A stretch of DNA of 40,549 nucleotides from an uncultured Candidatus Sumerlaeota bacterium (GTDB lineage: Bacteria > CAYMEV01): positions 1-40,549 of the forward strand of contig CAYMEV010000026.1 in the NCBI GenBank assembly GCA_964389675.1, given 5' to 3'. The position numbers were made by a program, and so were the translations under genes. Under the pieces are notes generated by a model. The model was given only the letters and a program-made list of their open reading frames with translations. It was not told where the DNA came from and searched no databases. Position 1 is the stretch's first letter. Every line of letters starts with the position of its first letter. This document shows positions 1 to 9,791 of this stretch, piece after piece.

Positions 1-2
1 AT

Positions 3-488
3 ATTGACAGATACAGCAGGTCAAGCTCCCTAAGCTATGAGGTATTTCCATCAGTCCTGGGAGGTACCACAGTCAAGTGGGACTATATACCGGGGTCAGA
101 CATAAGTATTAAGAAAATACAGTCTTCAGGTATCAAGGACAGGATCTCATGGATATTCTGGATAGAAGAGAACATCATATTTGATGGTACATCAGACACC
201 TTTAATTTCTATCCGGACATCTATCTATCAAAAGACTGCAGATATGATATAAAAGCAAAGCGTACAGACAAGACCAGCAGGTCATCAGATGCCACATTTG
301 TCCTTCACTACCAGACACCAGAAGGCAGGGACAGACAGAAGGAATTTAAGGTCTTTCCCTCAGTTTACTCAGGAAGAACCGTATTTATGCCCTTTAAGCC
401 CGAGGAAAGAATACGCCTTAAAAGCATAAAGGCATACGGCCTGGCAAGGGATGTAGAATGGCATGTATGGATAGAAAAGGTAAGATAA
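3..488 (+). CDS. 5'-truncated hypothetical protein (C-terminal ~161 aa) with two internally repeated domains
   Basis: Open frame 3 from the window edge to TAA at 486-488 (IDRYSRSSSLSYEVFPSVLGG...WHVWIEKVR*). Internal repeat EVFPSVLGGTTV..ISWIFWIEE / KVFPSVYSGRTV..VEWHVWIEK. A paralogous copy at 4623-4954 differs mostly at third codon positions. Not in the ORF track because its start lies outside the window. Confidence 0.8.
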   Translation: MDRYSRSSSLSYEVFPSVLGGTTVKWDYIPGSDISIKKIQSSGIKDRISWIFWIEENIIFDGTSDTFNFYPDIYLSKDCRYDIKAKRTDKTSRSSDATFVLHYQTPEGRDRQKEFKVFPSVYSGRTVFMPFKPEERIRLKSIKAYGLARDVEWHVWIEKVR

Positions 489-529
489 TTCCTGTTAATG
501 GGATTATAAAAAAATAGAGGAGAAATATT

Positions 530-1543
530 ATGAAGATGGAGCTACCAAAATATCATGAAACTTTCATTCCAATATTGGAAGTTCTGAATTCTGTTGAAGC
601 AATAAAAAGTATTGAATTAGCAGCAAAGGTCCGTGATATGTACTATTCTGATTTACCTGAAGAACTATTAAATAAGAAAACTATGTCTGGAGCGAATGTT
701 CTGCTGGATAGAATATTATGGGGCAAATCTTATCTTAAAATGGCAAAGTTTGTGACATATCCGAAAAGGGGCCTGGTTCAAATAACCGAAAAAGGGAAAA
801 AAATAATAAAAAAAGGAAACTTATCGCTTCAAGACCTTCAGAATGATCAAGACTTCATAAACCACAGAGAATCTGTTAAAATCAAAAAGGAGAATGAGGC
901 CGGACTGGATCCCCCCAGTGCAGAAAATACATCACAAAAAGACGTAACTGATTCCGCCTCTTCAGCAATGAAAGGATTTGATGCTCTTTTTGAAGAGTTT
1001 TCAGCTGCTAAAGGTGATGTAAGTATAAAAATAACAAGACAATCTGACTTTGCAATGATGCTAACGAATATAGCGGGAATTAAGCGAATAGTCGTGCTGG
1101 CTGATGAAGAAAGCATCGTTAAAAATGGACTTTCATGTGCAAGGGAAATCCTAATAAAAAAAGGCACAGCTGTTGCTGATGCAGAACTAAATGATTCTTT
1201 CCTGGGCAGTTATGAAATTGAATATATCGATGGTCTGCCTTTCTCAAATTGGATTCCTCCTAAATGGTGGCCACAAAAGCCAACCGCCATTTTTTTAGGA
1301 TGCCCGAGACCAGATTTAAATGAAAAAATTGTACGATGCTTATGCAAATATGCCGTGCTGGACGATAGTCAGTCAAGGGACAGATCCGATCTCCCGTACG
1401 ATAAAATACCAGATGGTAGTTTTTTTATTCTGGGAGACAATCTTGCCAGGGATTTTTCTAAAAGAATCTTAGGAATAACGTATTATGCATCCGGAGAGAT
1501 TTTAATATTAAAACAGCCGTATACAGAAACTGTAGAAACATAA
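530..1543 (+). CDS. Mrr N-terminal (winged-helix, Mrr_N) domain fused to an unknown C-terminal domain
   Basis: N-terminus LPKYHETFIPILEVL...LDRILWGKSYLKMAKFVTYPKRGLVQITEKG is typical of Mrr_N. The Mrr catalytic motifs (DGGID, QAKR) are absent from the C-terminal half. RBS GAGGAG upstream. Confidence 0.75.
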   Translation: MKMELPKYHETFIPILEVLNSVEAIKSIELAAKVRDMYYSDLPEELLNKKTMSGANVLLDRILWGKSYLKMAKFVTYPKRGLVQITEKGKKIIKKGNLSLQDLQNDQDFINHRESVKIKKENEAGLDPPSAENTSQKDVTDSASSAMKGFDALFEEFSAAKGDVSIKITRQSDFAMMLTNIAGIKRIVVLADEESIVKNGLSCAREILIKKGTAVADAELNDSFLGSYEIEYIDGLPFSNWIPPKWWPQKPTAIFLGCPRPDLNEKIVRCLCKYAVLDDSQSRDRSDLPYDKIPDGSFFILGDNLARDFSKRILGITYYASGEILILKQPYTETVET

Positions 1544-1718
1544 TGAGCCCTAAAATCTGTATATGCAGGGTGGATCTCTTCTGAAATATTATTTGACCGG
1601 ACCCGTCATAAATAGTATCTTGTGATAATGATGGTCATATAGGTAATTATATATGTTTTTGCAGGGAAAGAATTCATTTAATTTATAAAAATAATGAAAA
1701 TAAAAAAAGGAGTAGAAA

Positions 1719-1922
1719 ATGGGATACCAGAATTTTTCAAATAAGCATAAGGTATGTGCTACATGTGCCTATTGGAGCGGGAATAGAAAAATAATACCAG
1801 GCAAATATGTAAAAGCTGAATCCAATGAGAAGGCTAAGTGTATAGGTGGAGGACATGATAATGTTCTCAAGAATCCAAGTTCAAGCTGTGCAAAATGGCA
1901 GCTATGGCCTCCTATACGCTAA
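1719..1922 (+). CDS. small Cys-rich protein (CxxCxxW...C...CxxW), putative metal or Fe-S binding
   Basis: 67 aa, strong RBS AAGGAG upstream, motifs CATCAYW, AKCIGG and SSCAKW. Confidence 0.7.
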   Translation: MGYQNFSNKHKVCATCAYWSGNRKIIPGKYVKAESNEKAKCIGGGHDNVLKNPSSSCAKWQLWPPIR

Positions 1923-2090
1923 ACAGTATTAAAATGTAGATGTCCTTTAACAAAAAGGTTCCATTCTATTATATCAATTATTTCGAACTATAATGGATTT
2001 AATTAGTAATTTTAAAATATAAGATTAGATAAAAATATTCACAATAAATAATTGTAAACAACTAAATTGCGAAAAAAAGGAGGCCTAGTT

Positions 2091-3323
2091 ATGTTAATTA
2101 AATATGGTAGAAAATACTTTATTATTCTTTTAATTTTATTCTTTTTCGCTCAGGTTGCTTTAAGCATTCAATGCCGAGATGTAGTTGTATTGGACGGGGA
2201 TACCATTAAAGCAATATGCGACAATCAAGGTGAAACAAAAATGACCTTGCATCTGTGGGCAGTTGATTGCCCGGAGCTGGGACAGCCTTTTTTCCAGGAA
2301 GCCCGTGAGTTTATGCAGGAAATGATAAAGGACAAACAGCTGCAGATTGAGATTGTTGATTATAATGTGAATAATCAGCCTCTTGTACTAGTCTTTCACG
2401 AAGGCAAATGCCTGAATGCCCAGTTGCTGGAGGCCGGACTCGCATGGCTGAACCCCAGGATCTACAATAAAGAGATACAGGGTGGCTGGCCTGCCATGTT
2501 CGAGGAGGCAAAGAATGCTAAAATAGGGATATTCCAGAAGCAAGATTCAGAGCCCCCCTGGGAGATAAGGATGTATAATAAATACGTAGAAGTTAATAGA
2601 AAAAGGCAGAGCTCAAGCAATTCCAAGTATATCTATGTGCCTGAAGACGAGGTGCAAAGGGAAATAAGAGAAGAGGGCCAGGTGCAAAAAGATAAACTCT
2701 GGAATGACATTGATAAACACCAAAAGAAAATGGAAAAGAAGGCTGCTCAACGAGAAGAAGAAGCACAAGATTATGAAAGAAAGGCGGATGAAACAGACTC
2801 AGAAGATCTTAGGGACTACTACCTTAAACGGGCCAGAAGTGAACGAGAAGGATCTATTGAATATAAAGATCTAGCAGAAGAAGCTGCAGAATTAAAAAAC
2901 AGGGCTTCGGAAGTCTGGGAAGAGGGCAATCCATTGTCAGATGTTAAGACCACTGTACGCGTTGGCGATAAATTTGTCAATTCTGATATAATAAACGATT
3001 ATTCATTCTCCAACGAATTCTACTTCAGCCAGGAACAAGACCGGATGTTGGGCATTGATAAAAAGAGTATCAAACTGCTTGCACTGAACCTCCTTTATTA
3101 TCATGGCAAGAAACTTACAATAGACAATCTGCCTGTTACAGATGAAAAGAAGCTAGCTAACAGGGCATACATATGGAAATTGGAGACATTTCTGAAACGT
3201 ACTGACATACTTAATATACGCTTGGTGGACGAAGACAATAAAGGGAATATTTACATTGATGTTTTTATCGACAAGATTCCCCTTGATATTGCATTGCACG
3301 AGGCAGACATCCAGTTTAAATAA
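2091..3323 (+). CDS. exported thermonuclease (SNase)-family protein with a charged coiled-coil and a degenerate second SNase-like segment
   Basis: AGGAGG RBS before ATG 2091. Hydrophobic signal/TM segment. SNase motifs VLDGDTI, AVDCPELGQPF, LNAQLLEAGLAW and AKNAKIGIF, followed by an E/K/R-rich helical region. Confidence 0.8.
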   Translation: MLIKYGRKYFIILLILFFFAQVALSIQCRDVVVLDGDTIKAICDNQGETKMTLHLWAVDCPELGQPFFQEAREFMQEMIKDKQLQIEIVDYNVNNQPLVLVFHEGKCLNAQLLEAGLAWLNPRIYNKEIQGGWPAMFEEAKNAKIGIFQKQDSEPPWEIRMYNKYVEVNRKRQSSSNSKYIYVPEDEVQREIREEGQVQKDKLWNDIDKHQKKMEKKAAQREEEAQDYERKADETDSEDLRDYYLKRARSEREGSIEYKDLAEEAAELKNRASEVWEEGNPLSDVKTTVRVGDKFVNSDIINDYSFSNEFYFSQEQDRMLGIDKKSIKLLALNLLYYHGKKLTIDNLPVTDEKKLANRAYIWKLETFLKRTDILNIRLVDEDNKGNIYIDVFIDKIPLDIALHEADIQFK

Positions 3324-3769
3324 GGTTTGCAAGCAGTTTTTCTTATTTTGGATTCTATTCAACCTTAAATATAAGTCTATGTATATGAATAACCGACCTG
3401 AAATTGGACCGACCTTAATTAATTGGACACCAATTAAGCTTATATATTAGAGCAGCATTTTTATCAATAAAGCCATTAAGTTCATGGAAGAGTGTCAATG
3501 GCAATTCTATTGCCCTCACAAGGCTAAAATAGGACAATTGCATATGGTAAACCAAAAGGTACAAATGGTGGAAACTAGCAATGCACCTCCCATGCAAAAT
3601 ATCCATAAAAAGGCAACAAGGAAGCTGATGCATACCAATATAAGTAAATTCTGTGTCCAGGATAACTGGCGGTATTATAGATGTTAGAGCGAGTGATTAT
3701 TTTCTAATCTTTATTATGGACAAACTGCATCAGTTCTTGATCTCACCGACAATGACGTTTCATCGCACC

Positions 3770-4477
3770 TTACATCTGCGGAATAGAGCCTGTGATGATA
3801 ATGACAGCAATAACATAGATCAGCCCACCCAGAAATGCACCTGCATTACCAGCAAAATCGACAATAATTAAAGATACAAGGCTTCCTGTCCGTGAACGCT
3901 AATGTCCAGCCAATAACCCTAATGTGAACGTGAACAGAACGATGATAAGAGTGGTCATAATCTGGGCTCCAGAAATAAGTAATACGGTATGCATGAGGCT
4001 AAAAAATAACACACTGATAAAAGCTGCCTTGGAGATAGGACCAAAAACCTTGGTCTCTTCGAACGAACCGCGATGTCCCTGCAGAAAACCCAGGGTGAAT
4101 ATCTCTTCAACAATACTCGAGAATATCCAAACCAGCAGAATAATCTTTGGCACGGAAAGGGAGTTGATTAAAGGATGTCCTGAAGTCCCTAGCAAAATGA
4201 GGCTGAGAGTGCTTAGCTCTCCAGCAGCGACGGCCAGTCCAACCGAAATAATCAGAGATTTATTGACCAGATTGTGGGGCCAGCGAAAACCATAGTCGGC
4301 AGAGCGACCCTGCCCGAAGACTGCTATTGCGATTAAAGAAAGACTTAATTGTATACCCTGTGTGATAAGCACCGAGCGCGGTCCACTACGGAATATCAAT
4401 TTTGGAAGCATAACTGAAACCGAAAAAAATATTACGGCAATCGTGATTGCACTAAATAATCTTATTTCCTTATTCAT
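3770..4477 (-). pseudogene. CPBP (CAAX/Abi) intramembrane metalloprotease, with premature stop
   Basis: Multi-TM ORF with EEIFTLG (canonical EExxxR) and FSLMH. After the in-frame TAG at 3899-3901 the frame continues as RSRTGSLVSLIIVDFAGN...IPQM* to TAA at 3770-3772. This is the expected CPBP C-terminus, with HxxxN changed to DxxxN. Confidence 0.75.
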
Positions 4478-4622
4478 TGGATAAACCCATTCTTTTATCG
4501 GATCATTTATATCTTCATACTGCTGAGGTGGATCCTATGTCAAGACCAAAAAATGGGTTTTTTAAGTTAGAAGTTGACATGGCATCATAGTCATTTCTTT
4601 TCCTATTATTCAAAATAAAAGA

Positions 4623-4954
4623 ACCTATGATGTATTCCCATCAGCCACAGGTGGCCAGACAATAAAGTGGGACTATATCCCGGAACTTGGCTCTCTGCAG
4701 GATACCTCTATGATATTACGGAAAAGCGTACTGACAGGACCAGACTGTCCTCAGACGCCACCTTTGTATTATCCTATGAGACTGCCTCCGGCAGGCAAAA
4801 AAGGCAGGAATTCAGGGTATTTCCCTCTGTCTATTCCGGCAAGACTTTATTTTGGCCATTTAAGCCCGAAGAAAGAATACTTCTAAAAAGTATAAAGGCA
4901 TACGGCCTTCTAGGAAAGATTGGATGGCGTATATGGTTGGAAGAAAGAAAATAG
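4623..4954 (+). pseudogene. truncated, internally deleted paralogue of the gene at 3-488
   Basis: TYDVFPSATGGQTIKWDYIP (4623-4683) matches SYEVFPSVLGGTTVKWDYIP. It then jumps out of frame to YPGTWLS..KRTDRTRLSSDATFVL..FRVFPSVYSG..PFKPEERILLKSIKAYGL, matching the second domain. No 5' part of the gene is present. Confidence 0.8.
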
Positions 4955-4972
4955 AATTATCCTATTCTAACA

Positions 4973-7900
4973 TTACACATTCTTAAGTCTAATGGTATTC
5001 TCTTCATTTTTAACATTCCGAAAAACTGCATAATATGCCTGCAAGTTTAGTATCTTATCAATAAAAGATTTCTGTTTTGCTGACGGCAATATCGATTTTG
5101 CGATGATTCTTGCATCTGGTTCATTAGATTTTAATACAAGGAAGTTTGCAATACTGGCGAAGATATCCTTATCAAAATCATCAACGGACTGAGAGCTCAG
5201 GATAAGTGAGATACCATATTTTCTGCATTCCCTGGCAAACCTGTTAATAAGTGTCAGTTTTTTTGCTCTATGGGCCTCATCAAATATTACCATATGCGTT
5301 ATTGAATCTGCTTCACCTCTCAGGAACATGTTCTGATAGATTCTAAACAGCATAAAAAATGCCAGACCGCGTTGAATATTATCATTTTGATTTTTATGCA
5401 TCTGTATAATTATAGGCTTTCTAATATCAAGCAGGCTGATTTCTTTACTGGCTTTTTTAAAAAATCCGTAATCTTGAAGTTCCTTAAACCTCGGTGTAAT
5501 TTTATTAGAATCTGAATTCTGAATAAGGTTATCGTAAAATGCCTGAAAATCAGGAGCAATCTGAGTCGCACAAGTATCAAAGGCCTCATTGAAGCCTTTA
5601 TCAATATAAGCCTTAAGTACGGAATCTCTAATTGACTCCCGCTGAAGGTCACCAAGATCAGGAAATATTGCACAGAATATATCTCGTATCATGCCACAAT
5701 TATCTAAATAACTGTTTCTGTCTTGTCCAGATACAAATAGTGGGTTAAAACCAAGGCCATCAGACATATTAACATAATTGATATCATTAAAAGCATCCTT
5801 TAATTTTCTATCTATATCTTCATGGTATGAGAATATAATGGGTATGATATTATTATCATAGGCTTGCATGCATATATTTCTTAGACATGTAGTTTTACCC
5901 ATACCAGATATACCTACTATCATCATATGCGGATTACTCTTTTGTGAAATTTCCCAAATTACATCTTTATGTACAGTCTTATGAATACCGAGATTTATTG
6001 ATAGTAGCTGTTCATAATCTTTATCTTTCCTGTTTTCCGAGATTTCAGGTGCTGTCTGTTCTTTCTCATTAATAGGGACAGGCTTTTCCTTTTTTTCAGG
6101 TATTTTTGGGCTTGATTTAGGAGGCTCTGTATGATCTGTATCAAGTCTGTTAATATTACCGAAAGACCTGAATATTATATCATCAAATGTTGATTCTTCC
6201 ATATCTTTATCAAACTGAGGGCAGAATAGGTATGAATAGATATCTCCAATCTCAAGTGTCATGTTATCACAGTCTGCAACAAGCAAATCTTCAATCTTGG
6301 GCAACATCTTATAATAAGAGGTCTCATCGAGTTTGTGCCTCCTCGCCTTCTCCAGGAAGAATATGAAAATTCTATAAAGAATCTTCATATTTATCGAAAA
6401 ACAAACTTCGTTATCAGAATGTATGAACTGGTTTTCAAAGATCTCCCTTGCATCATTCAGATTCTGCAGGATCTCGCTGCGCAGGTCATGCTCATTTAGT
6501 TCCTTCAAGAACCTGATAAACCTTATACTTATAATATTAAGTTTCAATTTATCAGATTCATCTATGCTCAGGTAAAACAGTATCGATGATAATTTATTTA
6601 TATTTTCAGCACTATTATCATCTAGCAGATATGCAATATCATCACCTGGAATAAAGAAACCCCTGCTAAGCGAGTGCCATCCATTAATCATACAGTTCTC
6701 ATATAGATAAGAGATTGCAATTATATCCTTTGCGGCAGCACCTGCCTCATTAAGAATGAGTGCCATTCTTCCGCTTATGGTTTTAATATTTCTGATAATA
6801 AACTTAATATTTTGTTCGGTACATTCCAGCCCAGAATCTGAGAGCACTTCCTCAAGAAGCTTTTCAATTTCTCCAATAAGCCTTGTTGATATTATCAGCC
6901 TGGAATTTTCAATGTTTCTGTTTTCAGGAACTATATCAATAATGTATTTTTCAAAAAACTCGCTATATATGCTGGGTGAATCAAACAGCTCAAGCCCTCC
7001 AGTTTTATCTGAGACGATCACCCAGTCGCTGTTGTTATGTATTGTCCTTATGAGGTCCTCATTCTCCTTGCTCAGGACAGTTACCAATGAGGGATGGGTG
7101 CCATCCTGCATAATGGACCTAAGAACAGACAGATGGCTCTGTGTCAGCAGATCTGTGAGTTCCTGGTTATAGGGATGTTTTAGCCCTTTGATATTTTCCT
7201 GCATAGATATTGTCCACATCGGCCTCTCTGCATTACCATCAAATTTTCTGATAATCTTTGGAGATAAGCCATAAATTTCACTGTTTCTCTCTTGTGAATC
7301 GGGGATATCTATATGTCTTATGGTGGTTGATAATATGTCAAAAGCAACAGTTATATGGGCAGGTGCTGATAATAATGCAGATCTCTGCTTTGACCATCTT
7401 AGCTTAGGAACAAGTGCATTATTTATTATATCGGTCTCCCATATCCAGTTATTCCTGTCTTGCCCACCGATTACGCCGAGTCTTCTCTTCTCGGTCAGTT
7501 CCGTAATGTATCTGCCTGATATCATGCTGTGCTTCATTTCAGGGCTGGGATAAAGGTCCAGACAGAATCTCTCAATATTGGAATCGCTCTCAATACATTC
7601 GGGGTCATCGCCGTCGGGAGTTTTTTTAATCGAATCTCCCAGTGCATTAAGTACTGTATATCCATCCCCTGCGTATATGGCATTTACCTTTAGCTGTTTA
7701 TATTCATGATGGATCCTTGAATATTTTTTTATTTCATGGCTTATTGCCTCCGAATTAAAACTGCTTATGCTAGTTGGTTCAAATTCCTCATCCCCGGAAC
7801 TAAGAGCTCTTGCCATTGCTGATATTGATGCCTGAGGTTCCTTATCATTGGTATTTACCATCGCAACACAGTAAAAGTTGAGAAGATCTCCGTAAATATA

Positions 7901-9769
7901 TTCATTACCTCCCGTTCCTGGTAGAAACAACGGGATATAACTGCCTTCAAGCCTGCTGAGCCTCTTAACGATATCTTTTGCATAATCGGTTTTATATTTT
8001 GTATAATAGACCAGTTCATCATAGGCATAATGCCAGGCAACCCTCAGAAAATGATTCGGGAGAACAATCAGTCCTACAGACCTATCCTGCATCTTTACTT
8101 CTATAGTATTTGCAAGTGAGAGTTCAGGGCTGTTGCTATTAACATTATTTTTCCATGACTTAATGTAACTCATGGCAGGGCTATTATCATGATAGATAAT
8201 ACCCATAAATCCTCTTCTATTTCCTATCTGAGAATAGTAATTTTTTGTTATTTCCCTCATATCGGATGGGATATTGATCTCAATAAACTCCGGTTGTTGG
8301 TCAGTCCATGTTCCATCCTCCCGTATGTTCAGCTTCCATCTGCCGACCATATCATAGTCTCTGTCTCTGATCTGTTCTTCTATTGTTCTTACCAGGGAGG
8401 GGTTATAAATTTTCCCTTTTTTTTTCTTATTATTGTAGATTATATAGGATTTACTGCAATAACAGTTACAATTAGCCGCATTATCGAACTCTTCCTCTTC
8501 AAGACCAATCGCGGTCTCTACAAGTGCTCTGGTTCTTTTTGCAGCTGATGATCCCCCACCCGCTCCTTTTTGTCCTATTAATATTATAAATTCCTCTGTT
8601 TCCCTGGGTTGTACCTGGCTTCCGGAAACAGATACCTCTATCCTGGCATTGTCATACTTGCCAGTCTTGTCAAGGAGTTCAGCATCCTTAAAGTCTTCTT
8701 GTGTAAAACTGCATTTCTGTTCGTTTGTATCCCTGTGATTTACCTGTTTGGAAAGAAAAATATCATTATGCCCATACAATATGTGCACATCATAGCTTGC
8801 AATGTCATTTTTCTTGATTGTTGGTTCTGTTTTCCATTTGACTGTTAAAGCTTTCGGCTTTTTTGAGTCTATGCTGATCCTGTAGCATAAAAGATCATCA
8901 TCCCCGTAGACTCCTAATCCAGAAAAAGACTTTGGCTTTCCGTTTTTACTTTTCCAGGGGAGTATCTTTATTTCTTTTATCTCTTTTCCGAGGAATTCAG
9001 GGTTGATGTTGTTAATCCATAGGTCCTCCGAATTCCTCAGTCCCTCTAAGATATCTTTCCAGAAATCTCCAGCTGTAGAATCCAGATGGTCTATAAGTTT
9101 CTGTTCCATCTTTTTTTCCTTTATCAGCAGTGAATTTACTTTCTGACGGGCTGTTATAAGGTTATTGTTAAAAAATAACCTATGCACCATTTGAGAAGAT
9201 AATTCAAGGTCAAATTTCTCTATTTTCTCTTTAAGTTTAATTGGCCAATATCCAAATTTGCATAGATAATACCCCGCTTTTTTATCATCATTGATGCATC
9301 TGGTACGCACCAGAAGATCCAGGAAAGGCGTATATGTAAGGTGATTGCTGAAAAGTTTTGCTTTCTTTCCTGCTAAGTCGACTATTTTTATTAGATCATT
9401 TTTAAGTTGCTTGTTAGCTGCATTAATTGCTTCGTTATAAAGCTCATTTTCTGTAATCTCCCTTGATGCACTGTAAATTCCGTCCATACCGGCTCCTACA
9501 GCTCTCTCGTCCTCAATCATGAAGATAATATCGCTATCCTTTTTTTCCCTTAGTTCTACTGCTTTGTCTGAAGATATATCTTGATGAGTATGATTCTTCT
9601 CTGATATAATATATAGATTCCAGCCCTTTATATCTTCTATGCCACTTGCTCGTATCTCATTTATAATATCTTCTGGAATACAGCGAATAAAACATATATT
9701 GCCTTTTTCCTGTGACTTCTCCAGGATATGTTCCAGTGAAGCCTTGATAAATTCAGCCATCTTCTGCAT
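4973..9769 (-). CDS. MAD8/DptH(DndH)-like large protein with C-terminal HerA/VirB4-type ATPase
   Basis: 1598 aa. C-terminal NPHMMIVGISGMGKT (Walker A), VIFDEAH (Walker B) and RECRKYGISLILSSQSVDDF (HerA/VirB4 signature). N-terminal AVELRE..GAGMDGIYSASREITE. Last gene of the kinase/G-like/ATPase operon. Confidence 0.8.
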   Translation of the reverse strand: MQKMAEFIKASLEHILEKSQEKGNICFIRCIPEDIINEIRASGIEDIKGWNLYIISEKNHTHQDISSDKAVELREKKDSDIIFMIEDERAVGAGMDGIYSASREITENELYNEAINAANKQLKNDLIKIVDLAGKKAKLFSNHLTYTPFLDLLVRTRCINDDKKAGYYLCKFGYWPIKLKEKIEKFDLELSSQMVHRLFFNNNLITARQKVNSLLIKEKKMEQKLIDHLDSTAGDFWKDILEGLRNSEDLWINNINPEFLGKEIKEIKILPWKSKNGKPKSFSGLGVYGDDDLLCYRISIDSKKPKALTVKWKTEPTIKKNDIASYDVHILYGHNDIFLSKQVNHRDTNEQKCSFTQEDFKDAELLDKTGKYDNARIEVSVSGSQVQPRETEEFIILIGQKGAGGGSSAAKRTRALVETAIGLEEEEFDNAANCNCYCSKSYIIYNNKKKKGKIYNPSLVRTIEEQIRDRDYDMVGRWKLNIREDGTWTDQQPEFIEINIPSDMREITKNYYSQIGNRRGFMGIIYHDNSPAMSYIKSWKNNVNSNSPELSLANTIEVKMQDRSVGLIVLPNHFLRVAWHYAYDELVYYTKYKTDYAKDIVKRLSRLEGSYIPLFLPGTGGNEYIYGDLLNFYCVAMVNTNDKEPQASISAMARALSSGDEEFEPTSISSFNSEAISHEIKKYSRIHHEYKQLKVNAIYAGDGYTVLNALGDSIKKTPDGDDPECIESDSNIERFCLDLYPSPEMKHSMISGRYITELTEKRRLGVIGGQDRNNWIWETDIINNALVPKLRWSKQRSALLSAPAHITVAFDILSTTIRHIDIPDSQERNSEIYGLSPKIIRKFDGNAERPMWTISMQENIKGLKHPYNQELTDLLTQSHLSVLRSIMQDGTHPSLVTVLSKENEDLIRTIHNNSDWVIVSDKTGGLELFDSPSIYSEFFEKYIIDIVPENRNIENSRLIISTRLIGEIEKLLEEVLSDSGLECTEQNIKFIIRNIKTISGRMALILNEAGAAAKDIIAISYLYENCMINGWHSLSRGFFIPGDDIAYLLDDNSAENINKLSSILFYLSIDESDKLKLNIISIRFIRFLKELNEHDLRSEILQNLNDAREIFENQFIHSDNEVCFSINMKILYRIFIFFLEKARRHKLDETSYYKMLPKIEDLLVADCDNMTLEIGDIYSYLFCPQFDKDMEESTFDDIIFRSFGNINRLDTDHTEPPKSSPKIPEKKEKPVPINEKEQTAPEISENRKDKDYEQLLSINLGIHKTVHKDVIWEISQKSNPHMMIVGISGMGKTTCLRNICMQAYDNNIIPIIFSYHEDIDRKLKDAFNDINYVNMSDGLGFNPLFVSGQDRNSYLDNCGMIRDIFCAIFPDLGDLQRESIRDSVLKAYIDKGFNEAFDTCATQIAPDFQAFYDNLIQNSDSNKITPRFKELQDYGFFKKASKEISLLDIRKPIIIQMHKNQNDNIQRGLAFFMLFRIYQNMFLRGEADSITHMVIFDEAHRAKKLTLINRFARECRKYGISLILSSQSVDDFDKDIFASIANFLVLKSNEPDARIIAKSILPSAKQKSFIDKILNLQAYYAVFRNVKNEENTIRLKNV

Positions 9770-9791
9770 TTTAACTACTCCAGTTATTCAT

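Noticed and set aside
1403-1475. Signal peptidase I-like motif KIPDGSFFILGDN in the Mrr_N fusion
   Set aside because: No TM anchor, no catalytic Ser/Lys boxes and no following NSxDSR; treated as coincidence.
3415-3770. Short ORFs or an integron cassette with attC sites
   Set aside because: The overlapping short ORFs lack RBS or motifs. A hydrophobic minus-strand frame may be a decayed membrane gene, but no paired attC boxes or integrase were found.
3899-3901. TAG readthrough or alternative genetic code in the CPBP gene
   Set aside because: Catalytic motifs are also degraded (EExxxR to EExxxL, HxxxN to DxxxN), and TAG ends other genes normally (e.g. 36209-36211). Decay is the simpler explanation.
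3-4954. Diversity-generating retroelement TR/VR pair (3-488 versus 4623-4954)
   Set aside because: Differences are mostly at third codon positions and involve all four bases rather than being adenine-specific; no reverse transcriptase is in the window.
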